In this document: positions 19,479-27,327 of the stretch, piece by piece
Position numbering within the stretch: the first letter of the stretch is position 1
Layout of the letters: each line of letters starts with the position of its first letter
Source: Candidatus Curtissbacteria bacterium
GTDB lineage: Bacteria > Patescibacteriota > Microgenomatia > Curtissbacterales > GWA2-41-24
Direction: 5' to 3'
DNA: 64,000 nt
Assembly (NCBI GenBank): GCA_016183325.1
Contig: JACPEV010000003.1
Location: forward strand, 18,000 to 81,999
Made by a program: the position numbers and the translations under genes
The notes under the pieces: model-generated
Seen by the model: only the letters and a program-made list of their open reading frames with translations
Databases searched by the model: none
Told to the model about the DNA's origin: nothing

Positions 19479-20135
19479 TCACGCATAATCTCCAAATTCT
19501 TTGCCACTTTGGGCCTTTTGTTCAGCTGCTTGATCGACTTTAGTACGTTCGACCGCAACTTTTACAGGTCGAATAACCTTATCATTTATTTTATAACCCT
19601 TAGCAACAACTTTAACAATCTTGCCATCATTTTGGCCTTCAATCACTTCGATTGCCTCATGAAGTTTTGGGTCAAACTGGACACCTTCTGCAGGGATTTC
19701 TTCGACTCCTTCTTGGGCAAGAACATCCTTAAACTGCTTTATAACCATTTCTAACCCTTGATCATTTAAGTGTTTTTGGGCGCTTTCAAGATTATCCAAA
19801 ATCGGCAAAAGCTTTTCAATTAAGATTATTGAGGATAGCTGGCTTAAAAGTTTTCTTTCATCATCGACTCTTCGCTCTAAATTTCTGTAATCTGCAAGTG
19901 CCCTTTTGAGCTGGTCCTCAAGACTTGCCCGCCTAGACTCGTCTTGGGCGAGGCTGGCAACCACTGAGGACACTGCAACCACCAAGGTCTCTGATTTAGA
20001 ACTGTCTTGCACTGACTTCTCAGTGTCTTCATGTTTCTTTTCAGTGCTCTCAGTGGTTACAATTTTTTCAGTGACCTCTTTGGTTACAGGTTTTTCTTCA
20101 ATATGATCAGTTGCGGCAGATTTAGTTTTGCCCAT
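19479..20135 (-). CDS. grpE: nucleotide exchange factor GrpE
   Basis: Coiled-coil N-terminal region and GrpE C-terminal beta domain (VAKGYKINDKVIRPVKVAV). A GC-rich palindromic segment is inserted in-frame near 19924-19963. Confidence 0.85.
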   Translation of the reverse strand: MGKTKSAATDHIEEKPVTKEVTEKIVTTESTEKKHEDTEKSVQDSSKSETLVVAVSSVVASLAQDESRRASLEDQLKRALADYRNLERRVDDERKLLSQLSSIILIEKLLPILDNLESAQKHLNDQGLEMVIKQFKDVLAQEGVEEIPAEGVQFDPKLHEAIEVIEGQNDGKIVKVVAKGYKINDKVIRPVKVAVERTKVDQAAEQKAQSGKEFGDYA

Positions 20136-20147
20136 ATATTTCCTGAG

Positions 20148-20870
20148 TTAAATTCCCGTAAAGCCTGATAAAAGTTGCGAAAAGTATCTCATGGTTGGAA
20201 TAATTACCTGATAGTTAAGTCTGGATGGCCCGACAATAGCTATTACCCCTCTGTGATTTGGCATTGTGTAGCGCGAAACAACAAATCCACAGGGTTCCAA
20301 GTACGGAACACCAAGTTCTTCACCAAAGAGGATCTTAATTTGTTCTTCAGCTGCAAGTTGATCGAAGACTTGTCTTAGCATTTCAACCTTGTCGATCATG
20401 GAAAGTACGGTTTTGGTAATATCGATGTCGTAAAATTCTGGCATATCAAGAATGTTGGCCATGCCTGCGGCATAAATGTCGTTATTTTCGTTTGAGGCGA
20501 GGGCGAGTGAGTGAGTTTGATCGGCAAGAGCTTTTGTGGTGTGGCGAAGTAGTTGGTCAAACCTGTCTTTTGCTTCTGAAAGTTCTTCTTTTATAGCAAC
20601 TTCATCTTTTAGCGATAGAGTTTTTTCTTCCATGAGCTGGTCAACGTAGAATTTCATGCCTGCTGATGTAGGAATTCTGCCGGCTGAAGTGTGCAGTTGT
20701 TTTAGATAGCCGAGGTTGGTGAGTTTGACCATTTCGTTTCTGATGGTTGCAGGCGAAACACCGAGTCCGGCTTCTTTTTCAATGGTTTCTGAACCTACTG
20801 GATCGGCAGTTTCGATGTACTTTTCGATAATTGCTCGAAGTAGATTCTTTTGGCGATCTGAAAGGTCCAT
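20148..20870 (-). CDS. hrcA: heat-inducible transcription repressor HrcA (short form)
   Basis: N-terminal winged HTH MDLSDRQKNLLRAIIEKYIETADPVGSETI. First gene of the hrcA-grpE-dnaK cluster. A CIRCE element lies just upstream. Confidence 0.85.
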   Translation of the reverse strand: MDLSDRQKNLLRAIIEKYIETADPVGSETIEKEAGLGVSPATIRNEMVKLTNLGYLKQLHTSAGRIPTSAGMKFYVDQLMEEKTLSLKDEVAIKEELSEAKDRFDQLLRHTTKALADQTHSLALASNENNDIYAAGMANILDMPEFYDIDITKTVLSMIDKVEMLRQVFDQLAAEEQIKILFGEELGVPYLEPCGFVVSRYTMPNHRGVIAIVGPSRLNYQVIIPTMRYFSQLLSGFTGI

Positions 20871-20906
20871 GATTAATTTCCAATTAATCCCGAGTTTATC
20901 GAGGGA

Positions 20907-20934
20907 TTAGCAGACAATGTACCACGAGTGCTAA
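20907..20934 (-). promoter_or_regulatory. CIRCE operator (HrcA binding site)
   Basis: The minus strand reads TTAGCACTC-GTGGTACAT-TGTCTGCTAA. One arm is perfect and the other matches 7/9, with N9 spacing. It sits 37 bp upstream of the hrcA start. Confidence 0.7.
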
Positions 20935-20942
20935 TCGTTGTC

Positions 20943-20975
20943 AAGAGGCAATCAATTATATGATTGCCTCGTAGA
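20943..20975. terminator. perfect 10 bp stem hairpin (gaggcaatca-attata-tgattgcctc)
   Basis: Perfect inverted repeat between the NUDIX gene and the CIRCE/hrcA promoter. Could insulate hrcA from read-through. Confidence 0.35.
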
Positions 20976-21033
20976 CCCTGAGCGAAGCCTTGTACCGGAC
21001 GGTACGGGGCGAAGCCGAAGGGTCAGAGTGGAG

Positions 21034-21588
21034 CTAGACTCCAAAATATTCGAGAATATAATTTTTACCATCTGATCTCATTTTGGATTTGTGGATTTTG
21101 AGATTTTTCTTTTTCTTGAGAAAAAAGGTCTCGATCATTCTGTAGTCGCTGGGCACAGCATGAACTTTTATCTTTGGCAGTTCTTTTTTAGTAAACCATC
21201 TGACTTCACCTTCATTTTTAGTTTGGGCAGTATTCTCTTGGGCTCTTGTTTCGCAAACCCAGATCATAAAATGACCAATTTTTGATTTTCCCTTATAAAG
21301 AATCTCCTCGACCGCACCTCGAAGGGCAATAAATTTGATATCAAGACTGCTTTCTTCTTTTATTTCACGAATAATTGCTTCTTCAATCGTTTCGCCGTAT
21401 TCCATTTTGCCGCCCGGCAAACACCAAAGTCCAAAGTACGGCTCCTTGATTCTTTTGATCAGAAGAAATTTATCTTTATAAATAACCGGGGAAGCAACTA
21501 TGTTTAGGATTTGATTCATGGCAATTTCCACAATACCATGATACAATTGTATTGTATGGATTATATCACTACTAATGTTAGGTTTCAT
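21034..21588 (-). CDS. NUDIX hydrolase
   Basis: NUDIX box GGKMEYGETIEEAIIREIKEESSL. 184 aa. Its N-terminal coding segment is duplicated in the chimera at 26961-27254. Confidence 0.8.
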   Translation of the reverse strand: MKPNISSDIIHTIQLYHGIVEIAMNQILNIVASPVIYKDKFLLIKRIKEPYFGLWCLPGGKMEYGETIEEAIIREIKEESSLDIKFIALRGAVEEILYKGKSKIGHFMIWVCETRAQENTAQTKNEGEVRWFTKKELPKIKVHAVPSDYRMIETFFLKKKKNLKIHKSKMRSDGKNYILEYFGV

Positions 21589-21810
21589 AAAGAAGAGTAC
21601 ATGCGGCTAAAAGAGGAGGCGGCAAGAACTCGGAAGAGTTTTTCTGCTATCGTGAGAGAAAAAGTGCGTTCTAAAAGGAAAAAGCTGTCTAAAGCAGAAG
21701 TTGATAAGATAATGGCAGAAACTGAAAAGTTAGCGAGAGAGATAGGTAAGTATACTAAGGGATTTGATTCGGTTAAAGCCTTAAGAGAAATTCGATATCA
21801 TGATAGATGA
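21556..21810 (+). CDS. vapB: ribbon-helix-helix antitoxin (VapB-like). Track ORF starts at 21511; likely start is an internal Met.
   Basis: VRFHKEEYMRLKEEAARTRKSFSAIVREKV RHH motif. The stop overlaps the start of the downstream PIN gene (ATGA). Confidence 0.5.
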   Translation: MDYITTNVRFHKEEYMRLKEEAARTRKSFSAIVREKVRSKRKKLSKAEVDKIMAETEKLAREIGKYTKGFDSVKALREIRYHDR

Positions 21811-22226
21811 TAATCGTCGATGCTTCTGTCGCCAACAAACTTTTTTTGACTCACGAATCAGGATATAAGCAAGTTAAAACAATCTTCAGGAAGCATGTTA
21901 ATGACACTGAAAAAATCCTCGTTCCAGATCTTCTTTTCTATGAAATAGCTAATACACTAGCCACGAAATTAATGGTTCCCAGTGTAAAGATCGGTTTGGC
22001 TCTGAACCAACTTGATAAATACGACCTTGAGATTTTTCGGTCTAGTTTAAAAGATATTTTCAAAATTGCTGTTTTTGCAAAAGAATTCCACGTTTCAGTT
22101 TACGATGCAACATATGCAGTTCTAGCAAAAGAAAAAGGTTGTGAATTGATTACTGCCGATGAGAAATTTGTGAAACAAGTGAATTTGTCTTTTGTCAAAA
22201 GCTTGCAGGATTATTCAGATGTGTAA
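21807..22226 (+). CDS. vapC: PIN-domain toxin (VapC family)
   Basis: MIIVDASVANKLFL..., internal ...FYEIANTLA..., and C-terminal ITADEKF acidic residues. Confidence 0.7.
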   Translation: MIIVDASVANKLFLTHESGYKQVKTIFRKHVNDTEKILVPDLLFYEIANTLATKLMVPSVKIGLALNQLDKYDLEIFRSSLKDIFKIAVFAKEFHVSVYDATYAVLAKEKGCELITADEKFVKQVNLSFVKSLQDYSDV

Positions 22227-22282
22227 AGCTATATCATCCCCGAGGGCGTGAAGTTATTCGGCGTTTTTTTAAATATTCGAGG

Positions 22283-22318
22283 CTAAATACTCTAATACTC
22301 TAGAGTATTAGAGTAATA
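22283..22318. repeat. cassette-boundary palindrome, copy 1 (TACTCTAATACTCTAGAGTATTAGAGTA)
   Basis: 28 bp perfect palindrome preceded by ggctaaa. Copies 2-5 lie at about 24975-25035, 26300-26355, 27262-27327 and 28429-28494. Confidence 0.8.
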
Positions 22319-22357
22319 AAGATAATCATAAAATTACAAAAGCTAGATTTCTTCATT

Positions 22358-22431
22358 ATCCCGACTCGCCAAGCTATTCCAAACCCGGTTCGGAATACGT
22401 TGGCGAGTAAGGTGAGTTCTGCAATTTCTGA
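22358..22431. repeat. conserved ~75 bp hairpin-forming element, copy 1
   Basis: cgactcgccaagctattccaaacccggttcggaatacgttggcgagtaaggtgagttctgcaatttctga. A second copy (about 85% identical) lies at 28513-28593. Both sit just inside the outermost cassette palindromes. Confidence 0.6.
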
Positions 22432-22435
22432 AAGT

Positions 22436-22522
22436 TCAGGCGGGTACGGGAGCGTTTGATGCTATCAAACCTTCATCCTTAAGCTCTGTCCATAATTCTA
22501 CAGGAATCGGAAATTTCACCAT
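22436..22522 (-). pseudogene. probable C-terminal remnant of the aldo/keto reductase gene
   Basis: 29-codon frame MVKFPIPVELWTELKDEGLIASNAPVPA*, resembling AKR C-termini (VELTEEELAAL type). Lies just beyond the GC-rich insert, on the same strand as the AKR N-terminal fragment at 23871-24078. Confidence 0.3.
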
Positions 22523-22819
22523 TTGGAAATTTTCCTCCGCTTCTTTTGGAGTTCTGGCGCCGGGAATTATTGCCGCAACTGCAGAATGGACTTCTCCGCT
22601 TCAGTGTCGGCAGGGCGAGGGCCAAAAAACGAAAGACCCCAGACAAAGAATACCGGGGTCGGCGCGGGTTGGCACGCTAGTTTCTCCGCGGCTTCGGCGG
22701 CTGCGTTTTCCTCAGCTCGGGGCCGAGGACGATGTCGGAGGGCTGTACGAGCCATTAGGCACCCCTTGAACAAAGGATGCCCCTATTATAGGCTTTTCGA
22801 ATGAACCGTCAAGAAGCTA

Positions 22820-23494
22820 CTAAGGGATTTGTTGTGATTTACGCCTCTGGCGTTGGTTTGTGCCGACGTAGTGCTCCACAGCGTTTCGATCCAAGAACCA
22901 TTGCAGCCCGCGCTTCACAGCCGGCAACTTACGGCGTCGTATCAGATAGGCGACGTTGGTGGGGTGACAGCCGAGGATTTCAGCTGCCTCCGCGATCGTA
23001 ACCGTCGCAGAGGGAGACGCGTCTGTTAGCTCCTTCAGCGAAGCGGCATCTACGACGTTATGGAGCTCCTCGACCGCTCCGTTCGTAAAGATGTTGACTC
23101 TTGTGCGTCGCCGATTGGCATTGCACTCAATGGAAAGAACTGCCTGAGCATGCTTAGGCTGGTAACCTGCCGCTATTCTATCTACCGTGTACTCGCGCGA
23201 TTGAGGGTCAAAGGTGCCGGCAATAAACTGTAGCCTGACAAGCCTATCATCAGGATGCACTTGTACGTGAACGGGCGGATCCCCTTCGTTGCCTAGCCTC
23301 CAAACGTAGCCCTTCCCAAAGGACGGATGCTCAAATGCTTCGGCGTCTGTCCCTAATACTGCGTTCACTGCCTCTACCAGAAACGGCTCTCCAGGCCGCC
23401 ACAAACAATGGAGTCCGTCGGTTTCACGCTCTGCAACGGTCGGGTCGGCCGTAACGGAGCTGCGGGTGCCTGCTATTCTCTCCTGGCTGCTCAC
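22820..23494 (-). CDS. protein with C-terminal excisionase/Xis-type HTH DNA-binding domain (on foreign GC-rich segment)
   Basis: C-terminus VTIAEAAEILGCHPTNVAYLIRRRKLPAVKRG matches HTH_17/excisionase-family helices. High-GC codon usage is unlike the rest of the window. Confidence 0.5.
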   Translation of the reverse strand: MSSQERIAGTRSSVTADPTVAERETDGLHCLWRPGEPFLVEAVNAVLGTDAEAFEHPSFGKGYVWRLGNEGDPPVHVQVHPDDRLVRLQFIAGTFDPQSREYTVDRIAAGYQPKHAQAVLSIECNANRRRTRVNIFTNGAVEELHNVVDAASLKELTDASPSATVTIAEAAEILGCHPTNVAYLIRRRKLPAVKRGLQWFLDRNAVEHYVGTNQRQRRKSQQIP

Positions 23495-23616
23495 AACTCG
23501 TATGATTATACCATGGCGCCGTGTTAGTAACGGTAACGAAAGGTGGGATGAAACGGCGGGGGGAGTGACACGCTCCTAAATTTCGTGTAACATGCACATG
23601 TAACGCGGATCAGGTA

Positions 23617-23856
23617 GTGTTTGGATCGGAGACCCTCATGATCCCTCGGGTGACCATCGACGACATCGCCAGCGACACGAGGCTCTCCCGCAAGACCGTG
23701 TCCCTAGCTTTGCGTCACGACCAATCTGTTGCTGCTGCAACACTCCGTCGGGTCCTAGACGCGGCTGAGCGTCTCGGCTATACACGTAGCCGAGCCGAAA
23801 CGGCGCTCCTTGGGGTGGTGGTCCCTTACTTCAATCATCCGTTCTACTCCGAGTAA
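23617..23856 (+). pseudogene. LacI-family transcriptional regulator, N-terminal HTH fragment only
   Basis: VTIDDIASDTRLSRKTVSLALRHDQSVAAATLRRVLDAAERLGYTRSRAETALLGVVVPYFNHPFYSE is the canonical LacI HTH plus the first strand of the sugar-binding domain. It stops after 79 aa at the edge of the GC-rich segment. Confidence 0.6.
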
Positions 23857-23870
23857 TGTTTCGGCTTGTC

Positions 23871-24078
23871 CGAGCGCGTACTTTGGGGCGGTATCGAAAT
23901 AATTAACTCCCAATTTTAAAGCTGTTTTGACTTTACCAATGGTTGCGGCTTCATCCGGGTTCTCAAAATCCAAAAGGCCCGTTCCTAGGCCAAGGCGGGT
24001 AACAAAAACTCCGGTTTGACCAATTTCTACTTTTTGGGTGGGGACGAAAGAGGATTTAGGTCTTTCCATACCGAGCAA
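23871..24078 (-). pseudogene. aldo/keto reductase N-terminal fragment (gene body replaced by the GC-rich insert)
   Basis: MERPKSSFVPTQKVEIGQTGVFVTRLGLGTGLL...LKLGVNYFDTAPKYALGQAETLLG matches AKR N-terminal consensus (LGLG...G.N.FDTA..YG.G.SE.LLG). The frame then runs into foreign GC-rich DNA. Confidence 0.55.
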
Positions 24079-24175
24079 TTATACATCAGGAAGGTTTTTA
24101 AATTTTTAAAACGGTTAAGAATGCTTCTTAGGAGTTGTCCCTCTCACTTTAAAGCTTCGGAGGGCAAGCGACTTA

Positions 24176-24592
24176 TTACTTATCAATCCCGAATCGTTTG
24201 AATTTATTTGATTTATACTGCTTGTCAAAGCTAAAAACTGTATCCAGACCTTTTCCTTTTAGAATTGCCATATTAACACAGTCTGTGAAACGTGAGTTTT
24301 TGGACGTTTGTTTTTTGAAAAGCTCCAAAGCAGAACGCCTGAGAGCAGCATCAACTTCGATAATTTCCATTTGGCTTGCAAGAATTTCTTCTGCAAATTC
24401 TATCGCTTTATTTAAACCGACTTTTTGACTGATAATTGTCACTGCTTCTCCAAAAGCAGGGTCTGAAGTGAATAGTAATATAGCCTGTTCATCTACAAGA
24501 TTACTTAACTCTATTGCTTTTGAGTGGCTTGAATCTTCTATGGTGTTGAGTGCGACAAAAGCATCAGCGTCGACGAGAAGTTTTTTGATCAT
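24176..24592 (-). CDS. vapC: PIN-domain toxin (VapC family)
   Basis: MIKKLLVDADAFVALNTIEDSSH...FTDCVNMAILK. Confidence 0.7.
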   Translation of the reverse strand: MIKKLLVDADAFVALNTIEDSSHSKAIELSNLVDEQAILLFTSDPAFGEAVTIISQKVGLNKAIEFAEEILASQMEIIEVDAALRRSALELFKKQTSKNSRFTDCVNMAILKGKGLDTVFSFDKQYKSNKFKRFGIDK

Positions 24593-24992
24593 TTAGAAAA
24601 CGCTCCAGCCTCTTTTCTTCTGCTTTTGTTAATGTAGTGGTTCTCTTATCCTTACCGTACTTGGAAGATTTTTCTCCGTAAAGATAACTATATAAATTAG
24701 TAGAAAGATCCTTGGGGCCATGGCCTGCATTAGCAGCTAATCTCAAAAGGACGGCCCCAGGATTTTCCTTTTTTCGTTTTTCAATATTAAGACTTTTTTC
24801 CAGAATATTCCTGACAACTTCGGCTGTGGTTTTGCCATGCCTGCGGGCTTCGATTACGAGTTCCCTTTCAATTTCCGGAGTTAAATAAAGCTGTTTTCTG
24901 ATCATGTATACATTATACATCATACATTTATTGTAGCGTGTTGTCAAATTTTGAGCACGGCTAAGAAGGCTTCTTGGGTAATTATTAAACAT
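24564..24992 (-). CDS. vapB: ribbon-helix-helix antitoxin with C-terminal Y.YG.K tail. Likely start is an internal Met (MIRKQLYL...).
   Basis: MIRKQLYLTPEIERELVIEARRHGKTTAEVVRNILEKSL RHH. C-terminal ...LYSYLYGEKSSKYGKDKR resembles the antitoxin at 1512-1766. Overlaps the PIN gene. Confidence 0.5.
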   Translation of the reverse strand: MFNNYPRSLLSRAQNLTTRYNKCMMYNVYMIRKQLYLTPEIERELVIEARRHGKTTAEVVRNILEKSLNIEKRKKENPGAVLLRLAANAGHGPKDLSTNLYSYLYGEKSSKYGKDKRTTTLTKAEEKRLERFLNDQKTSRRR

Positions 24993-25035
24993 TCTAGGCT
25001 AAATACTCTAATGATCTAGATTAATAGAGTGAAGA
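24975..25035. repeat. cassette-boundary palindrome, copy 2
   Basis: gggtaattattaaacattctaggctaaatactctaatgatctagattaatagagtgaag. This variant has gatctagatta at the centre. It overlaps the last codons of the AAC(6')-like gene. Confidence 0.8.
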
Positions 25036-25647
25036 CTCCATTAACCAAGAATCTACTTTTTTGCCTTCGTGCTGTTCGTGATTCTTGAGAATTTTGATTT
25101 TCTTGAAACCGGCTTTTTCGTAGGCTCGAATAGCTCGGGGATTATCGACATGAGGATCAGTGACAACTTTTTTGCCTTGTAGTTTTTTAAAAATGTGGTC
25201 GGTGATCATTTTAAGAACTTGTGGTCCGATACCCTTGTTCCAATATTCAACTTCTCCAATATACATATCCACCGCCCAGATGCCATTTGTATCATCCAAT
25301 TCGTAGTCTTTTGCTTTGATAACCGGATAATATTGAATGTACCCAATTTCTTTGTTGTTGTAGGAAAAAAAACATGGAACAATTTTGTTTTTGCCAAGTA
25401 CCCTTGGGCTATATTTTCTTTTGACCTTAGAAAGATATTGCGGGTTGGTACGACCGCCGTAAAATTCAAGAACTCTTTTGTCTGTTAACCATTTAGCAAT
25501 CTGCCTGTAATCGGATTCTTTATCCTCTATTTGCCGAATTTTTAACTGGCCTTTTTTGAGAAGCATATAAACGGTTAGTTCAAATCGTATTTTCCTATAA
25601 TTTTTGTTGAGCTTGGGTGACATACTGAATTTGTGGTAATAAGACAA
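25021..25647 (-). CDS. GNAT N-acetyltransferase closely resembling aminoglycoside 6'-N-acetyltransferase AAC(6')-Ie. Likely start is an internal Met (MLLKKGQ...).
   Basis: KWLTDKRVLEFYGG, YNNKEIGYIQYY, DMYIGEVEYWNKGIGP, TDPHVDNPRAIRAYEKAGFKKI and HEQHEGKKVDSWLME align motif-for-motif with the AAC(6')-Ie domain of the staphylococcal/enterococcal AAC(6')-APH(2'') enzyme. The alignment is from memory. Confidence 0.7.
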   Translation of the reverse strand: MSYYHKFSMSPKLNKNYRKIRFELTVYMLLKKGQLKIRQIEDKESDYRQIAKWLTDKRVLEFYGGRTNPQYLSKVKRKYSPRVLGKNKIVPCFFSYNNKEIGYIQYYPVIKAKDYELDDTNGIWAVDMYIGEVEYWNKGIGPQVLKMITDHIFKKLQGKKVVTDPHVDNPRAIRAYEKAGFKKIKILKNHEQHEGKKVDSWLMESSLY

Positions 25648-26267
25648 ATTGTCCTGACCGATAACTTCCCAACTTCAACAACTTTTAACTTTTTAATTTT
25701 TTCTAAGAAAAGATTGCTTGGATGGGTAATATATCGGCAGACCGTAATGTTACCGAAAAAGATTTCATCCGATTCGTAACTTTTATTGTCTGGAACGCTT
25801 GCTTTGATTAAATTTTTTCTTAAATCTAGAACTAAATCTTTTAATGAATCATTTGAATAACATCTGATTCCAAGACTGGTTGGGAGTTCGAATAAACCTT
25901 TCACTGTGAATTCTAATTCTTTATGCTTCGGGATTATTTGATCAAAAGCTGTTTTTGCTTTTTCGACGTCCTCATCTGTAAATAACGGTGGATCACTAAT
26001 CGTTCGAATATTTTGAATAGTTAAATGAAGGCTTCGTGGTAGGTAAAAATATTGATTACTGTCTGCTTCTCTGAGAGGTTCAATAATTTTGGAAACAATT
26101 ATTTTTTGAAGATTTTCGGGAATAAAAATAACACTGGTTAAACCAATGCGGTTATCATTTGCATAATCTGCGACAGGTTCAACTATAGTTGTAGGTATTT
26201 TACCTTGTTTAAACTTTCCCTCAAGTTTTTCAAAAAGTTCAAATTGCTTCTTTTGATACGAAATCAT
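25575..26267 (-). CDS. 2H phosphoesterase superfamily protein (LigT / 2',3'-cyclic phosphodiesterase-like)
   Basis: Two H-x-[TS]-x motifs (SLHLTIQN and YITHPSNL) spaced as in LigT/2H phosphoesterases. Overlaps the downstream AAC(6')-like gene by 73 nt. Confidence 0.45.
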   Translation of the reverse strand: MISYQKKQFELFEKLEGKFKQGKIPTTIVEPVADYANDNRIGLTSVIFIPENLQKIIVSKIIEPLREADSNQYFYLPRSLHLTIQNIRTISDPPLFTDEDVEKAKTAFDQIIPKHKELEFTVKGLFELPTSLGIRCYSNDSLKDLVLDLRKNLIKASVPDNKSYESDEIFFGNITVCRYITHPSNLFLEKIKKLKVVEVGKLSVRTICLITTNSVCHPSSTKIIGKYDLN

Positions 26268-26299
26268 GAGGAAATTATATCTTAAGCATCGCCAGAAAG

Positions 26300-26355
26300 A
26301 ATTATTGGAGAATTCCTAAGCTAAATACTCTAATACTCTAGAGTAATAGAGTAAA
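26300..26355. repeat. cassette-boundary palindrome, copy 3
   Basis: gaattattggagaattcctaagctaaatactctaatactctagagtaatagagtaaag. Confidence 0.8.
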
Positions 26356-26371
26356 GAATCCAAGCACTTAA

Positions 26372-26947
26372 TTATGCGAACGAAATGGCAAGGACTATGA
26401 GCATACTTGCAGCAAAGCCGAGCGCTAGTTCTGCCAGAGAATGATGCTCGAGTTGCATGCGAGCCCAACTGATAACTCCCACTAGCGGAAGCGCAATAGC
26501 GTATTGTCGGCCATAGACCACAACAAGTCCGATAACTACGGCCGCAAATACGGCTACATGAAGGCTTGCCTTGATATACAAGTTGAGAATGGTAAAGGCG
26601 AACAAACCAGCTAGCATCATGTAAACAATAAGGCTGAGGTTTTGTGTGAATGACAGGGCATTCATTTCAATGATAAGTATCGGGGTTAGTACCGAAGCAA
26701 CCACAAACAAATAAATCCGCCTTTCCTTACGTTGCGTGACAAAGAGATCGGAGATTATGCCCATCTTCGACATTACAATCTGACATACAATGGGGATCAT
26801 AATAGTTGGAAAGACCAAAGCAATGATCGCAATAATAGCAGAGAAAAAGCTGAGACCTTCGTTATGGATTGCAACTAGTAGCCCACAGAAGCCAACAATT
26901 AATGGGTGAGAAATTAGTGATATTGCTAATGCAATGCGTCTTTGCAT
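26372..26947 (-). CDS. polytopic membrane protein, PAP2-like acid phosphatase motifs
   Basis: Six hydrophobic segments. KASLHVA (PSGH-like) and SWARMQLEHHSLAELALG (SRxxxxxHxxxD-like) resemble PAP2 motifs 2 and 3. Confidence 0.4.
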   Translation of the reverse strand: MQRRIALAISLISHPLIVGFCGLLVAIHNEGLSFFSAIIAIIALVFPTIMIPIVCQIVMSKMGIISDLFVTQRKERRIYLFVVASVLTPILIIEMNALSFTQNLSLIVYMMLAGLFAFTILNLYIKASLHVAVFAAVVIGLVVVYGRQYAIALPLVGVISWARMQLEHHSLAELALGFAASMLIVLAISFA

Positions 26948-26960
26948 TGGGTTTATTTCT

Positions 26961-27254
26961 TTAAATTTTTAATACAGCCAAAAACGCTTCCTGGGGAATA
27001 TCAACTTGGCCAAAGCGGCGCATTCTCTTTTTGCCTTTTTTCTGCTTCTCAAGTAGTTTCATTTTGCGGGTGACGTCGCCGCCGTAGAGTTTGGCGGTGA
27101 CGTCTTTGCGGTACGAGGCGATTGTTTCTCGGGCGATGATTTTGCCGCCCGGCAAACACCAAAGTCCAAAGTACGGCTCCTTGATTCTTTTGATCAGAAG
27201 AAATTTATCTTTATAAATAACCGGGGAAGCAACTATGTTTAAAATTTTGTCCAC
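26961..27254 (-). pseudogene. chimeric gene fragment: NUDIX 5' end fused to lepA 3' end
   Basis: 27140-27250 is near-identical to nudix 21420-21540 ([27 protein letters not shown]). 26961-27140 is about 90% identical to the lepA 3' end 29244-29420 ([59 protein letters not shown]). The junction is at shared microhomology gattttgcc(g)cc. Confidence 0.7.
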
Positions 27255-27261
27255 AAAGTAT

Positions 27262-27327
27262 GGGAGAATTATATCCTACGGGCAATTTCGAATCTAAATA
27301 CTCTAATGATCTAGATTATTAGAGTGA
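27262..27327. repeat. cassette-boundary palindrome, copy 4
   Basis: gggagaattatatcctacgggcaatttcgaatctaaatactctaatgatctagattattagagtgag. Confidence 0.8.

Larger units (their letters stand above)
22523..23870. other. ~1.35 kb GC-rich foreign DNA segment
   Basis: Abrupt shift to markedly higher G+C and GC-rich codon usage. It encodes an excisionase-type HTH protein and a truncated LacI-family N-terminus. Both junctions fall inside an aldo/keto reductase reading frame. Confidence 0.7.

Noticed and set aside
22523-22804. Plus-strand ORF 22523-22804 and minus ORF 22567-22773 in the GC-rich block
   Set aside because: High-GC DNA yields long stop-free frames by chance. Translations are Arg/Ala/Gly-rich low complexity with no domain signature. 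Treated as non-coding parts of the foreign segment.
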